DNA of 64,000 nucleotides, from contig KZ537966.1 of assembly GCA_000934665.2 (NCBI GenBank), positions 124,001-188,000 on the forward strand, read 5' to 3'. Shown here piece after piece: positions 1 to 14,900 of the stretch. Below the pieces are notes generated by a model. It did not search any database. It was given only the letters and a program-made list of their open reading frames with translations, and was not told the DNA's origin. The DNA comes from Catajapyx aquilonaris (taxonomy: Eukaryota). Within the stretch, counting starts at the first letter, position 1, and each line of letters begins with the position of its first letter. The position numbers and the translations under genes are program-made.

Positions 1-3000
1 TACAAAATGCGTATGACCCACTTCAAAGTGTCCTTATGTTTCGGAGAGCAAAAGCACAGGAAGTGGCCGTAGTCATCCATGTGTAGCAACACAATTTGGC
101 AGACACGTGTGGGTCATAAACGCGGATTTTTTTATATATTTGGAAAATACTGGTACCATAGTGCCAGGCTATACAAAAGTTGGCGAGTTGCACGACTAAC
201 AACACGGACACAAAGGCCACCTGCAAATTTCGGAACTGCAAGAAAAAAACTGCGTCAACACAAAGCGTTTCATCCCGTTACGGACAGCTGGACCAGATTA
301 CAGTTAAAAATCCTATTTTCCTTTCGGATTTGCATGCAAGAATTATTTGCACAAGGATCAAGCCCGCGCGCGCTGATTGGACAAACCCATAATGAAATCC
401 AACATTTGCCCAGAGCATTTTAAATTAATAACGCCATTTCCTGGGAACACGTCGCCCCAAAATTGATTGGTCACACAACAGGTACGATTGATAGTGTACC
501 GGCGGCGCAAACGTGCCGGCAACTGCCATTTGGCTTATTTCTCCCCCAGCAATTAGGTCTCTCTCCTCGACAGGCCGTGGAACAGAAACGAGCTCGGTTT
601 GCAGTCGAGAACTCTTTAGCTTTCAGTGAATGCTGGAAAGCGAGCCCAGGCTCAGAACCCGGCTGCGGGAGGGAATTAAACCATCATTTACTGTCACTGG
701 AGGCGATTGCAGCTGCACATACGATCCGGGGGCCCTCTCCACGTCACTTACATTCGTCGGGCCCAGCAGGTGACAAATTAACCGACACATGCTCCTTTTT
801 GGGATCCAAGGCGCTCCCTGGTACAGGCCCAGATCGCATTTACTTATCGCCTGGTTTTCCAAGCGGGCAACGGGGCTTTATTGTATCTCTCAGCCAGGGC
901 CTGGAATGGGTCAGGAGGATCGATCTGGCTTGGCCTGGGCGCCCTCAGAGCAAAGGCAGGTGTCTCTGATGAACCTACCGATGGCCACGCTACAACTGAC
1001 CAAATGTAAGGTCATTTGCCCTGAATGTCCATGGTTACATGTGCAACATCCTGCGTCGAGGTACCCACTTAGCACTGTACTCATGTAAATCAACGTGCAA
1101 GGAATTACGCTAAACCGTGCATACTTAGCTGAGCCGTAATTAGATGGCGGCCACATATACACTGCAGGCTAATTAAAATACTGCTAGAAATGCTTTTAAA
1201 ACGCGTACCCCTGCTAATACTGTGAATCTTGCATTAGGCCAGCCCCCACACAAAAACAGACGGAAGACAACTAAAAGCACCTGCAATGTTAAATGTGGAG
1301 GTTTGGCAAATGAAAAGATTTTCAAGGATCCGCACGTTGTGCACAACAGAGCGCAAAAAAACCCAGGTCCAATCTGAATTCATGGCATCCAATTAAAGCG
1401 CGTGGCACAATAAATCCTTTCCGCCTCTTCGCACTGACAACCAATATGAGATTTCATTTCTGCGTAATTCCATTCCCTTAACGACGTCAGTTTCACAGCT
1501 CCAACCATGTGACTGACGTGAACGCAGTCAGTCGGAATTCTGCTGTAACTTCCGTTTTGCACAGCTTAATAATGCGCAGTGATTTCTAATTAAAATCAAC
1601 AGTCTGACTGAATTTGGGGGGAGTTTGAAAAATAAAAACTGACATTTTCCAGAGATTCGGAACTGTCTGGGGACTTCACATCATTGATTAACCCCCTATG
1701 GGATGTCAGTTATTATTTCCCGTTATTGTCATATGCTGATGCCAGTAATGGCCGCATCTATTCGTGTGGTCAATCCTTCATCCTGACCTGTTATGCAACC
1801 GCACTCTTGTATCATATGCGGCCCAACCTGCAGGCGCAAGAAGGACAAGCGCAACTTTTCGGCGAATCATTATGTGCCATGTGGCACTGTAGTTGCGTGG
1901 TCGTGTTAGTAGCGCTTAATTTTGTGTAACAGACCCGTTGGTTGAGAGCCGGGTGTCAATAACAACAAAGCAACTAAAAATAACAAACCACACCTAAAAA
2001 TGTCCCCATTCTCCCCTACATAATGCTGGTTTGGTCAGCCCCCAACCCACTAAATACAGACCAAAACTGTTGTTCATAAACCTTACAAGTGCTACAATTA
2101 CAGGGTGTTGTGGGATAGTCAACGGATTTTTTTTTCAGATTTTGAAAAGAATGCAAGATGTTGCAGGAGAGGCTGGGACATCCGGATAATGTTATCCTGC
2201 CTAGGGCCGTACCTGTAATCCTATGTGATTCTGGGATTGACGGAGTCAGTTGTGGCGGACGCCTATATATGCACACACCGCCCGCCAACCGATGTCATCT
2301 CTTCCCGACCATTCCGCCACATTGGCATCGAATAAAGAATCACCTTGGCCTGTCTTCATGCCAGATAGGATTTATGCTACGCAATCACCACATAGGCGGC
2401 TCCGGGGCGCACACCTGTCCCAAGTATGCATGTAGTCTTTCTAAGTCATTTTAAATTTTCATCACAGAAAGAAACCCGGACCTTCGGAGGTCACTACCTG
2501 CCATCCTTCAAGTAATGTGGTCAACCAGGGCCTTCCAACGAGATGCACACTCCTTATTTAGTACCATAACTTATTTATAATTCGCCTTAAATCCAAGAAA
2601 TGTCTGACTGCCTCTACTACTTTCCTCTACTCCGTTTTCATGATTAATCTTACAATGTTTAATAATCTGTTTGTACATTACAAGAGTGATTCAATGGGGT
2701 CAGGCGCTAAACAGGATGGTACAATAAACTACCACATGATATGGCATTGCATTGGTGACCGAGAAATGCATAGTGTGTAACGCGAGTATAATGTCAATCG
2801 ATATGAATATATCTCATCTAGATCTGCAAGTATTCAGCTGGAGTGTGGTCAATGTGGACGAGCGATTGCAACACGTCATTCCCCCATGACACGGTGTGTC
2901 ATGGCAACTACAACGCTTCCTTCCGCCATAATGACTAATAATAATTCGCCTAAAAATAAGATGACTATTGTGACTATAGGAGAGTGAGAGAGAGTCGCAC

Positions 3001-6000
3001 CCACCCTGTCAAACACAATGAACTTGATAATAATTTACACCGTGTCCAATATTTTTCAATGCTTGCCACAATGTAGTGCTTCCATAATACCCATTACATT
3101 ACTATTTCAAAGCACAATGAAAACAAGGTGGAAATTTGATTTTGGTGTCATCTGAATTGTGAATAACTGAACACCACCAGCAATTCATTAATTGGAAATG
3201 ACCCTGTTTTTCTAACTTTATTGAAGGTTTCAAGAAACGCTTCGTATTTAAACATTAAAAATTAATGGTGTAAATAAAAACACAGCGTAATTAATCAAAT
3301 CAGTTTGACTAGTTCTCGTGCACTGGACAGTTCACATCCAAGAGTACTCCATCTGATGAATCAATATTTATGCGGGTAATGTTGATACCGCAACCATAAT
3401 GTATTTGTTCCAATTCGAAAGTTTACGGAAGCCAACAATGGAGTCATAATAGCAAAATGATCAGAGAGAATAACATTCTGAACCCGCGTGCAGGTGCTGT
3501 CACTGTAACAAAATGCCAAAGCGATAACTGTTATCTAATATCCGGGAAACTGAGAAATGACTGACGTCACTTGCTTTGCACTGATAATGCAGACCTTGGA
3601 ATTCAACGTAGTGATATATACACACGTCTCCTTGGAACGATCGCTTATCTTCTACTTGTAATGTGCCACTGAAATATATATCAACCCTCCAACGGGTTAC
3701 AGCCAGTAATCTGGTTTATAGTAGCGCGAACAACTGCCTCGTGTTACTCGCTAAAGTTAGTACAGCCTATCCATTACACTTTACCATTCATCACACATTT
3801 TGTCCACATTTGTACAGAATCTTCCCTCATTTTTTTTTTTTTCAAACCCAAGGAAGCACCATATCGAGCTTTGGGTCCAAAGCGCACGACTCCCATAAAT
3901 GGTTGTTCACCCGACCAGAAGAGACGTCAGATCCCAACTGAACCGTTCTTAGTTCAAATAAAGCGCGATGAAAAATGCTCCCCATCCCCCGCAGACATGA
4001 ATATTCCAAGCATGCGGTCGTAAATGCAACTCCGGTCACCGGTGACCTGTGTTGCCGGTGTCACTTGAAAAATCAGAGGGGCTATCCCTGCAATATTGAT
4101 GCCGCAATCTTAATACGCGCGTGCTGCTGGAGACTGAAAGGCTGGCATCAGCTTGAGAGCGAGAGACAAAAATAGTGCCAAAAAAAAATAGGAGGCAGAC
4201 CTAGAGGGAAAAGGTGTTGCTAGAAACGTAGGGGCTGGGAGCTGCCACATAAACCTGGCCGAGCTGATAAGGGATTTACCTCTTATCCAACGCGCGCTGT
4301 AATGTGCCGGCAATAAACCACACGTTATAAAACCATTGTCTGGCCTCTAAGCACCGCACGGCCCTGCATAATTAACAACAAGGGATAGAATGAGATTTGC
4401 GCTTCTTAACAATTCTACGCTGTTCAACTATTTACGTTCCACAACCTCTCATTTGAGGCCCTCCTGGGACTTCCCTCCCACGACCTCCGAATTTACGGGG
4501 GGGCTTCCCCGGTCAAACAGAAAGGGGGGTTGAGTTTATATTCCATTCCGGAGATTGGTTGCAACATTTTTGTGACCCCCCTCCTGCTTACCAACCACCC
4601 GGGGGAGACCCTCTCGGCTGACCCCTGCCTCATTTCCACCCTCACAAATCCCCAAGTTCAAGCCGGAGATGACTAATTCCGTCATTACGCCCCGAAAATG
4701 AGGCCGTAAGGGATGATTTAGCCCTTCCACCTAAGATCCCTTTCAAATCGGTCTGGCATCCCCCATTATAAGCCTTCACAATGCCAAGTGATGCCACTGT
4801 ACCGCTGTTATATGGGGAGAGAAATGAGGCGCCGCTGCCTCGTGGAATATGCCCGCCATTTCCTCGTGTACAATAATCTGCCTAACAATTCCAATTAAGG
4901 AATTAACAGCATTAGGAGCGGTCGGCGGCGTGCTTGTCTGCTAGTCATTAATTCATGCCTCTGGATTAGGCCGGCCCTCATTAGGCCTCTCTTGCTAGGG
5001 GGGGAAAAAAATGACTGAGTGGTCATTCCGCCCTGGACTGCGTGACGTCAGACTTCTGAATTCGCAAGTTTCTTCCCCGAGGGAACAACTGCCTCTTAAG
5101 CCAACGAATGCCGAAAGGCCACTCTCCACACAGCGTCGAAAAGCCCCTCGGATTCCTCTTTTTCCCCTCCTTTTTATCAAAGCCCTGGGATTGGACCAAG
5201 GGAGCTCGTTGCCTGGGTCTCATCTCAGCCTGCTGACTGACCTCAGCTCAAGTATCGACCTAAGCAGGCCCCGACCATCTGGGACTTGCACAAGTCCACA
5301 ACGCATCCTGTGATGCAAACCGGAGCCAGACTTTATAGGGTGTCATCTTCCCAGCTCTCCCGAGAGACACCATCAGTTTATCGAGACCATGTCAAGCCTG
5401 TCTTCATGCTGGAGCCTTCACTGCGAACTACTGTTGCATTGTGTTATCAACAGCACAGTAACTGTAGCGACAATCCATTGACCCTCACATTTGCTTTTCC
5501 TATATAGGCTCATCGTCACATTTCTGTTATTGGAAAGGACCACTACGAGAACGCAATTCCATTAGCTCTGTGGTGTGACTAAAACTCCACATCATGTATA
5601 TTCTGGTGCGGCCATAATTGAATAATTTATTGCCAAAACCTACCAAATCAATTTTGTCGAAAATTAGCAAGCCCATGGAGCACTTCTCCATATCAATTAT
5701 CACGCTCTATATGCTTCACATGTATCAATATCTAGCTGTCCCATATTCAGGACAAAAAGGAAATGAATGTATGAGTGGGGGGTAGGGTATTTGGCCATAA
5801 AATTAACCCTCTCATGTAATGTATAATGATTTTAGCCTTTTAAAAGCACAATTATAATACATCAAAACATCTCTATACCCGAATCACTCCGTTCCGCAAT
5901 CCTTGCTTCCCTTTATACTCCAAAAATACACAGGATCGGGCAAAAATTCCAGAGAGGACAAGTTTCTGCTGAACCTCGATCAGACTGTAAAACACCATAA

Positions 6001-9000
6001 GTTAACTCGAGTCATCAAGTATACGCACTTGATTCGCTCCGTCTGCCACTAGATATAAATTGCATTTGGGGTCCCTTTTAAAAAATGCAACTCTTGGTGT
6101 CTTTTGAAGCCGTGTGGGCTCTGCTAAAGTTGGGGCAAATCCAACCTCCCATTGATATGTAGAGCGTGGTTTTACTCCTTCTGAAAGGGCCGCTCTTGTG
6201 CAGATCCAAAGCGGAGGACATCTCGCAACAAAGGCATCCACGCCTAAAAAGAAGCCACCCACTCCAGAGAGCGTTTTTCCCTCCCAAGTCCTTCGAGCTC
6301 AGCTTTCCATTAAGACTTGGGTAAAGAAAGGGCTAGCTGGAGGTCACGGTTTCAATTCCACTCCTGCCACCTGACCGTAAATCTTGCTCATCGCCATCCA
6401 TTTCCTCTTGATTCATTCCAAATGAGCCAAAGTCAGCGGCCAACAATCAGTGTCGATTAATCAGCATGAATAAATGAAGGCAGCACGAGTCAGACCCCCT
6501 TCTCAAAAACCCAAAAAGCCTGACCCCCTTTTGTGGCACACAAGTTTTTACTCTGAAAATGTCTGCAGAAAATTCTGTAGATCACAAACTGCAAACCAAA
6601 AAGGCATTGATTTGTAAAATCCATTATTAAAGTTGGCAGTTCCTCTGGTGCGGCTCACGTAACTTTTTTCTAATGCCGCAAGGTATGAATGTCGTTACTT
6701 TGGATTGGATTGGTTTTGCTCCAGCTTTTACAAAGTTTGGATCGCTCTCAGTCTTTCAAAATAACTTGGCTTTATTGCAGCACGACACTCGCTAGGGATC
6801 ACTTTAAACTGAACTTCTAACAGCAAACATTAGGTCAATCATAGTCGCAGCAAAAAGAAAGCCGAGCTGATTTGCACTATTCGACAGTTGCTATAGATCT
6901 TCTGGTTTGCCCAGTGGTTCCAGTCAACAAAATGATTAGCCTCCTAACTTATCTCATAAAACATTTGGTCTTATAGACACAAAAAAATTACTTGAGCACT
7001 GATTAGTGAGGCCGTCTGAAACAGTGCCTTTTGTCAAACCACTGGTGATTAAATGCCCTCATAGAGCTACACAGGCATTAAACCCACAGCACAACTCTCC
7101 CTCACTCCCCCATCCCCACGCTCAAATAGGCTATCCACCCCCAGATCTCGCAATACCCACATCTAGAGCACATTATTGCAGGCTTTATAACCTGAATGTA
7201 ACCTACAAAACGACAAGTACTGTTATAAACCAAATAAGGCAACTGTAAGATCTGCGTTGTTTTGTCAACTGCGTATTATATTTCCAATATTTTAGACATC
7301 CTGCTTCCAATATTGGAAGTGAGGTGTACTGTACAAGGTAAGACGAGTGCATCTATTCTGATCCCATTTCGCGACGCTCCAAAAAAAAGAGGGTATTCCA
7401 AGAATACAGTAATAAGAACTTCAATAAACGGAACATTTCCGAAAGTTGTATTTCTTCTCTCGCATCCTAATCTGTTCATCTATAGGCGAAACCCGGATTC
7501 ATCTTTCAGCTCCCGAGAACTTGATGTATCATTGAGTTTGAGTGTTACGCTTTTAGTCCTCACAAGAACGCCTATACATACCTGAACTGGTAGAAGAAAC
7601 ATTCTTAAGTTGCCGCTAATTTAATTTTGAACGAACTTGGTATGTGAATTTCCTTATGCGTTCAGTACAAACTGGATGTGTAAAAAAATGCCTCACATAT
7701 GATAAATCTCCTCATGATGGTAACGACGTGATTCTTGACACACTCTCAATCCTTCTCTCCTACCTGCAAACGCACGTATTTCACACTTTGACCGTCCCTC
7801 TGGAGGCAGATCAAGGACAGCAACAAATGACCACCGCAGTGCAAGACACTATCACGCGGCCCGTATCATATTACGATACTGGATTGTGTCCGACTCCGTA
7901 CCAGAAACGGCCACGCACTACATACACGAAACGACGCCTTCACACCATGGCTATATCGCTTTCTCCGCTCCTCGCCCCTCCTGATTTACTACGTGTGGCG
8001 CATTTGATAGCGCGTAAGTACCGTCCCAACGGAGCAATGAACGACCACAGCACGCATCCTACAAAAAAAGAATAAAAATAAAATAAAAAACAGTCCGAAC
8101 CGGTCACATGTCCCCATCCCAACTCGTCGGATCAAGCCATATTGGTGCGAATTCCCTACACGCTCGCATCATGCCCACCTCCGGAGTTCATTTCGACAAC
8201 CACTCCCAGTCAAATGACGTCTATCCAGGCCCGTTCTGAGGTCCTTTCGACGGTCCTCCTTTTCCCGCCATCTCATCTGTCCCGGACGCGATTATCGGCG
8301 GACCCAGCCTGAAAAATGCAAAGGGATCCGGAGGGGATTCGCCGTCCGTCCAAGGCGAGAGAGTGAGAGAGAGAGGGCACATAGGGAAAGAGAAGGCAAA
8401 ACCACCAACAGGGACCCCCCTACCCGGATAAAAGCCAGCCATGGGAATTTACGGCCTACCCGAGCTCCTTCTTGACCCAGGCAGTTTGTATTTTCGCCAG
8501 GATTCCACGCTGCCACTCCTCGACTCTCACTTATTCAAAAGGGATCTACGATTATTGGGTATTGATTTATTGGAAGAGGTAATCCTCTCTAGTTTAAAAA
8601 AAAAGGAGAGGTGAGAGAGGGAGCCAAAGTTATGGGTATTGATTAGTCTTCACCTGCGTTTTGATGGCCGAGGATTATCTGGGCGTATCTGCACAAAGGG
8701 TGCCAAAAATACCGGTAATCGTTATACCTGTGGCCCTCCTCTTAATCTTGATGATGGCGGCTGGGTCTCAGACATTTGGCCTCTGGCGTTCCCGTGTCTC
8801 TGTGGCGCTCATTTATTTCAGTGCATATTGGAGTATAAGAACTGCCATAACTTTGTCATATCGCTCTGGAACCATCAGTTATTAACTTTGATCTTGCCTG
8901 CCATCTGCCGGAATATCTGTCCAGTGACGCATATTTATCATATGACGCAGCGTTCAGAACTACAGTCATACAAACAATGATTCTAAAGACACATTTGTCA

Positions 9001-11738
9001 TGTCTTGTCGGTGTACTGTACCAGCGAAGAACCAGCGAAATTTTGATCAAACCGGACCTACGTGCACGAAAGTTGTACATTTTTGCCCATTCACGTTTCA
9101 GCACTTGTTGCCATTCACTAACTTTTTCTCATTAAGGTACAGTACTTCTAGAATGTAGAAGCGAGGTCTGTATAAAACTTGTTTGTCTCCAGGATGCAGC
9201 TAATTTGGAACTCTGAGATAGTGGGCGTGCAAAATGTCACCTTCGCCTTGTATACTGTAAGTTTGGATTTACGTCACAGTACCCGTCACAGTTCATCTCG
9301 TATTCCAACTTTTATGGCCTGGCGTATAACTCAAACGGTAATTCTACCCCGTCGTAAATTACGTAAGAATCATGCATATACCTCTTGAGAAGATTGAAGG
9401 GTTGTCCACTGAGCAGATTCTGGTGGGGACCAAAAAAAAGTGTCTCCTTTTGAGGGACAGAAATAATCTCGCAGGTGTTGTTATTTTGCGGATAATCCGC
9501 AAGGTGACTAACCTCGACAGAAAATAACCCTCGTACTATCACTTCCGGCGTCACATCTGCACATCATCGCCTACCAATTCGTCACTGTCAGGCTTTGAAG
9601 GTATCGAGTTCGAGACTCGGCATTTTGGCGGTCAACATGTCCACTACATTCTCTTGGCAAGTGACATGAAGTTCATAGACTCCACAGTATTCACGTTCCG
9701 ATATAGGTGACTGAAAAGTGTCACAAAGTATCGACATCAATATTGGCTTCAACAAGTGATATTAATAATGGGATTAACACTCTCATGACATAGCTCCAAG
9801 TCTTATTAAAAACAAGGGAAAAAATTCATAAGTGAGTAATGACCTCGTAATGGACAGGGGCTGCCAATAAAGTTCATATCGAAGTCAGCATGTCAAAACA
9901 TCAATGCTTACTGACAGGTTACTGGACGTCACCGTCAAAAGTCGACAAGTCATTGTCAAATTAGCTAAATAAAACATGTCAACTACCCGCGGACATATGG
10001 TCCGGGAATTTTCAATCGATTATAAATCTAAAATAATCATTTTGTGACGATTGGGTTCGTAACAAAGATTTAAATCCTGAATAGATACGTATGGAATGAA
10101 GTACTACACCAAATGCATCAAAAACCATGGGGCTCGGATAGGAAAAACTAGCAGGACTCAAGATGCAAAGAAAGATAAACCGGGTGTGGTCACTGCATTT
10201 AGAGAGAGAAAAAAGGTCGGGTCACCCAATCAATTGAAATATATCGCCCATTTAAAATTAGCTCGGAAGTAACCAATGTATCATGATATTGGCCCACTAA
10301 ATTTCGGCACGAGTCTGTGCACTTTATGAGGCACTTTACACGAAAAGGTAACAGGTGATACGTTACGTAATGCATAAATGTCACTCGCCTTCAGGAACCT
10401 AATCATCTCAATTAGCCCCAGCTCCTTTTTTTTTGTTACTCAATCTCCCCCCTGTAATTCCAATCCACGTCAACATCATCTCCCTGAACACAACTTAATT
10501 CCAACTATGTTCATTCCTGGCCCCATAATTACAGAAGGATCAATCCAGCGTGTCAGTTAAACTTGTCATTCCTTTTCTCCTCCTTTTTTTTAACTAAATC
10601 CGTTCTAAAACTAATTAAACTGCCTTTGGGTAACCCCCCTGTAACAGCTTGTCGGTCACAACCATAAAGGTCAAGTCAAGGAGATTCATCATGGTTAATT
10701 AACGTAGTAGTTAAATCCTCTACCCACCACACCCCATCCGAGTTGGTCCCTAACCCCTCCCTAAAACTCCCCACCCCCCCTCATCCCAACAACTTTCCTA
10801 CATACTCTTGTCACGCGAGCTGGCCCTGGATTGGCTCTCCTGACTCTTTAATAGGTTGTAAGCATGCGCGCACATTTTCCCTAACCGGTTCCAGACTGGC
10901 AAAGGTCACGGGCCTTACCCTGCCCGCCTCTATCAAGCACCCTTCACATGTGCTGGCTTCCATTATTTCTGCCCCTTGGAGGATCCCAGGTAGATATCCC
11001 TCCGGATTTGATGCCACCAACCCACCTCCCCCTACCATCCTCTGGTATCCTTATCACATCATAAAACTCCAAACACGGAGCTAATGAAGTCCCAACTCCC
11101 CGACCCAACTTTGAAAAGAATTTGCAAAAGCTGAAGAGGAGAGGTCCCGGATGGAGGGGGGAGGGTGGGGGGGAAGATGGGGGGGAAAAGCCTGCAAGTG
11201 CTCCCGCCATTCTTCAGCGGATTCCACCCCATGCCATCAGTCTTCATCGACATTCCGCCCGGCAAGCCTTCCTCTGCTTTCATCCCGCGGCGAATGCTAA
11301 ACAGACGCTACCACCCACCATCTAACCCAGCTTTCAACAACAACGAAGGAAAAAAAAAAAATGACGACGACGACGACGCATTTATTTATTATATCTTTCC
11401 CTCAACCTGCACTCTGCCCACAATCCTCAGCCCAATTATGGCCTTATCAAGCCCATTTCCTCAACAGCGACCGTCTTATCCGCTTCTATAAGCTCACAAG
11501 GGCGCGCAGCTCTCTCACTTTTGATGCTTGCGGAACGTATTACGTCGATGTTCGCTTACAGCACACTTTCATTTCGGAAACTCAAATCTAGAGCGGATAA
11601 TAATGCGGATTTGATATCACTTACCCCCAGAGGACTTGTGCTTCGTTTGTTGTCTCGTGACTTCAGGCAAAAAAATTCTAAGCTGAAGGACGTTCATAAT
11701 TTATTTTTTCATGAAACCTACGAGCAGCATGAAAAAGT

Positions 11739-11946
11739 AGGTCATTAACTCATTATCAAAACCAGGCAGTCTAATGGTGTCTCAAATGTGTTAAATCCTA
11801 TTTCCAATAAATTGATCATTTTCACCTTGGGTCCATCTCCCATTGGGCAAGATCACCTGGGCTATGAAAAGACTCGCTAAATCTGAAATTCATGTTTTCA
11901 GAAGGATTCGTACTGAAGCATATAGCCTGGTTTTGATAAATGACCT
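11739..11946. mobile_element. Small MITE-like element
   Basis: aggtcatt(aactcat)tatcaaaaccaggc at the left end pairs with gcctggttttgataaatgacct at the right end. Confidence 0.55.
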
Positions 11947-14900
11947 CAAATAAACAGGCCGTGATGCAATATCATAGAAATTGCGTCCATGTGTAGAGAT
12001 CAGTGACCTCTGCCCCCACTTGGCTACCAATAATTGATTTGTCACATGGTTGGAGAATCGTGGTGGTAAATAGCCACCATCCTCTGATTACCCGCGGCTT
12101 TCCTTCCTTTGCCAAGAACTTCTTCACGTCGCGCCCAACTCCAATTCTTCAGATTATACCGGGCGGGGTCACCTTCACTGGACTAGTTCGTTCAACATAC
12201 TGACTCGACAATTCTATGGTTGCATAAGGGCACGATGCAGGGGTTGAAATATAAGCATTGCCTGATCGCCAACTATGTTTTGAAAAACCTTTTGAACGCC
12301 CCTCGAACATATGCAAATAAGTCTGCCATATCGCAATAATAATCTGACAAAACTATCAGTATATTAATTAACTTCATGAGGATGTTTTATTCAGTTAAGA
12401 AATTACTAAGTAATTATTAAGTGCAGGCGATAATTACTGCGAGTAAGCCAACTCGTCAGTATCAGAAAAGCCATCATCTCCTGATACGCGTATATAGTTT
12501 AGTCTTAAGCAACCAATAGGTAAACTTACATAATTAAAGCAAACAAGCGGATGGATGAAAATTGTAATATGGTGCGAAGTATAAAGTGACTCCATAATTG
12601 CCAGAGGAAGAAAAAATATTACGCCAACGGGTCTCTATATAGCTAATAGCATCCTGCCAAACTGCCATAGTGCCTTTAATCCGGGAGTAATCCATTGTAC
12701 ACGGATCGTAGGCATAATAAAAGTCGACCAGAGGTTTCCAATGTGAGATGTAAATGGTGAGGTGTATGCAATTGGACATGAACATGTTTTTCTCGCAGCC
12801 GAACCAGGGTAATCATCATCAAGCAAAGAGGGATCAGGAAAAAAAAAACACACGGAGAGAGACCTCAACTTGAGTGTGACAGAGCAGAAGGGGAAGAGAT
12901 ATTTTAACCCAGATCTTTGTGTAATAATTTAATTATTTGCAGTTTAATTTCCAATAACGATGCAGGCAACTCTCTCCCACCAACGAAGGTCAAAGGCAGA
13001 CGTAAGTGTCAACAAGTTTTCCACAGACACGATCATACATCTTTTTAGGAACGCAATATAAAAATTTTATTGGTGTCTTCCCAAGTACATATAGTCTGGT
13101 TAGGGCCAAAAGAGGCCGAAACTGTAATTATGCAAAGAATTTCCCTCCAGTCAGCACTTTGCACGTGAAACTTGTTTCAAGTCTGGTATCCAGCCTTCTG
13201 GCATTTCTTTGATCGGGCGGATTAGGTCCATTGACGCAAACCAGGCTCATTCAAGCGGGCCAAAACAGCCAAGAAGTCTTCAGTACTGGGACAAGTTACC
13301 CTTCAAAAACCTCAAGAAAAAATCCCTGATGTAGAAAGCGGAAATCGATGTTGTAGTTATACGCCATGTCATCGTATTTTATTTCAGAAGAAAAAGCACA
13401 ATCTGCAACAATAAATTGTTATTATTGTTATTATTTCCAGCCTCACGCGTATGACGTTAGCACTGACATAATTTCCAATAATGGAACACTGCAAGTTTAT
13501 TTAATTAGTTGTTAAACCAATGTGTTTCCATTCTCGTCAGGTCGTAACATAAATGGGGATAAATGGACATACATTCGGTCAATAAATTATATTCTCCCAA
13601 TACATGCCTCGTACATAGTGGGACCCTCTATTATGTCAACAATGTATGTGAAAGTTTAATTTGCACACGCCTACCTAGCCCATAAATCCGGGGAGCATCA
13701 CGCAGGCTGTTAATAGGTAAACCTCGGGAGCAAGCTAATGGAAGAGAGTCATTTCAAGATGACGCGTGACTAGCCCTATATACTAGGTGCTTTTAGCGGT
13801 ACTAGGCGGCGTTTAGCAGCATCCCATTAAACTGTTGTTCCGCAATAAATGACACAAGTTTGCCAAACAATGTTATCATTTATTTTCCAGCTCTGCGTCG
13901 AATTGAGTGAATCGCTCGCGTGGGTATTAAATGAATGGTTAGGCCTCCAAACGGATAAGCCCTAAATTCAAATTAGCCAGCGTAGGCATGCATAAACATG
14001 GCAATTTCCTAACAACCAATGGCACGCCAATCATGTGCCGCTGATATTAACACGCGTGGAGTTCTGCGGTCATTATGTTTACATGTATATTATCCGCATT
14101 ATCATAACCGAAAACATTTGCCAAACATTAACTGCATCGACTTTTACCACGTACATACAGTTGCAAGGCAGCAGCACGAAAGTTTCAATTACACGATTGG
14201 GGGGGAGGGAGACAATAACTTAATTGTCCTCATTTCCACCCTAATGAACAGAGTCAGTAAGTGAGAGGAAGTGCAATTAAATTTCGTTTATCATGCCTTT
14301 GGCATACCTCTTCAATAACAAGCAGAAATCTTGCTTTGGTAATTGCCTCCCTCATTATGCACAGCTCAGTTGGCTGCGTTTAATTTCCGTCCCACATCAG
14401 ATAGGGGCGCCTGGAATCGAATCCAGCGTCGCCTGCCAAACCAAAGAGACTCTCTTCTCTCCCAGCACACACATTCCTGACTGGGACCGCTGCCTGTCCC
14501 CCTTTTATAGGCTCGGGTTCACTGCCCAAAATCAACGGACAGCCACACGCACACCCTATCTTACACCCACCCAACGCATACTTCCGCCAATTAAAGGGGC
14601 TTACCAACAGGGGTGACAGAAATTAGGGGGAGTGGCAGGCCTATTTCTCGGTACTCAGAGTCATCAAGGAAGCACGAATAACTCGATTAAAATATCCTAT
14701 GCTATTTTCTGGGCGTGACAGATATCCACCAGTCGTGGCACAGCTTATTTCAAGTGTAAATGGACAGATCCGATGCAACTCAAATAAATTTATCCAGCAG
14801 ACCTCGCTTGGGGGGATATTTTCCAGAAGGCTATAAAATAGCTTTTAAAGAGACATGTACCCTGACATAATAACTTTCTCAGGAAAGTGACGTAAGCCTC

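Noticed and set aside
6325..6375. tRNA-like B-box fragment (ggtttcaattccactcctgccacc); similar at about 14400-14435 (-)
   Set aside because: No complete cloverleaf can be built. At most these are decayed SINE heads.
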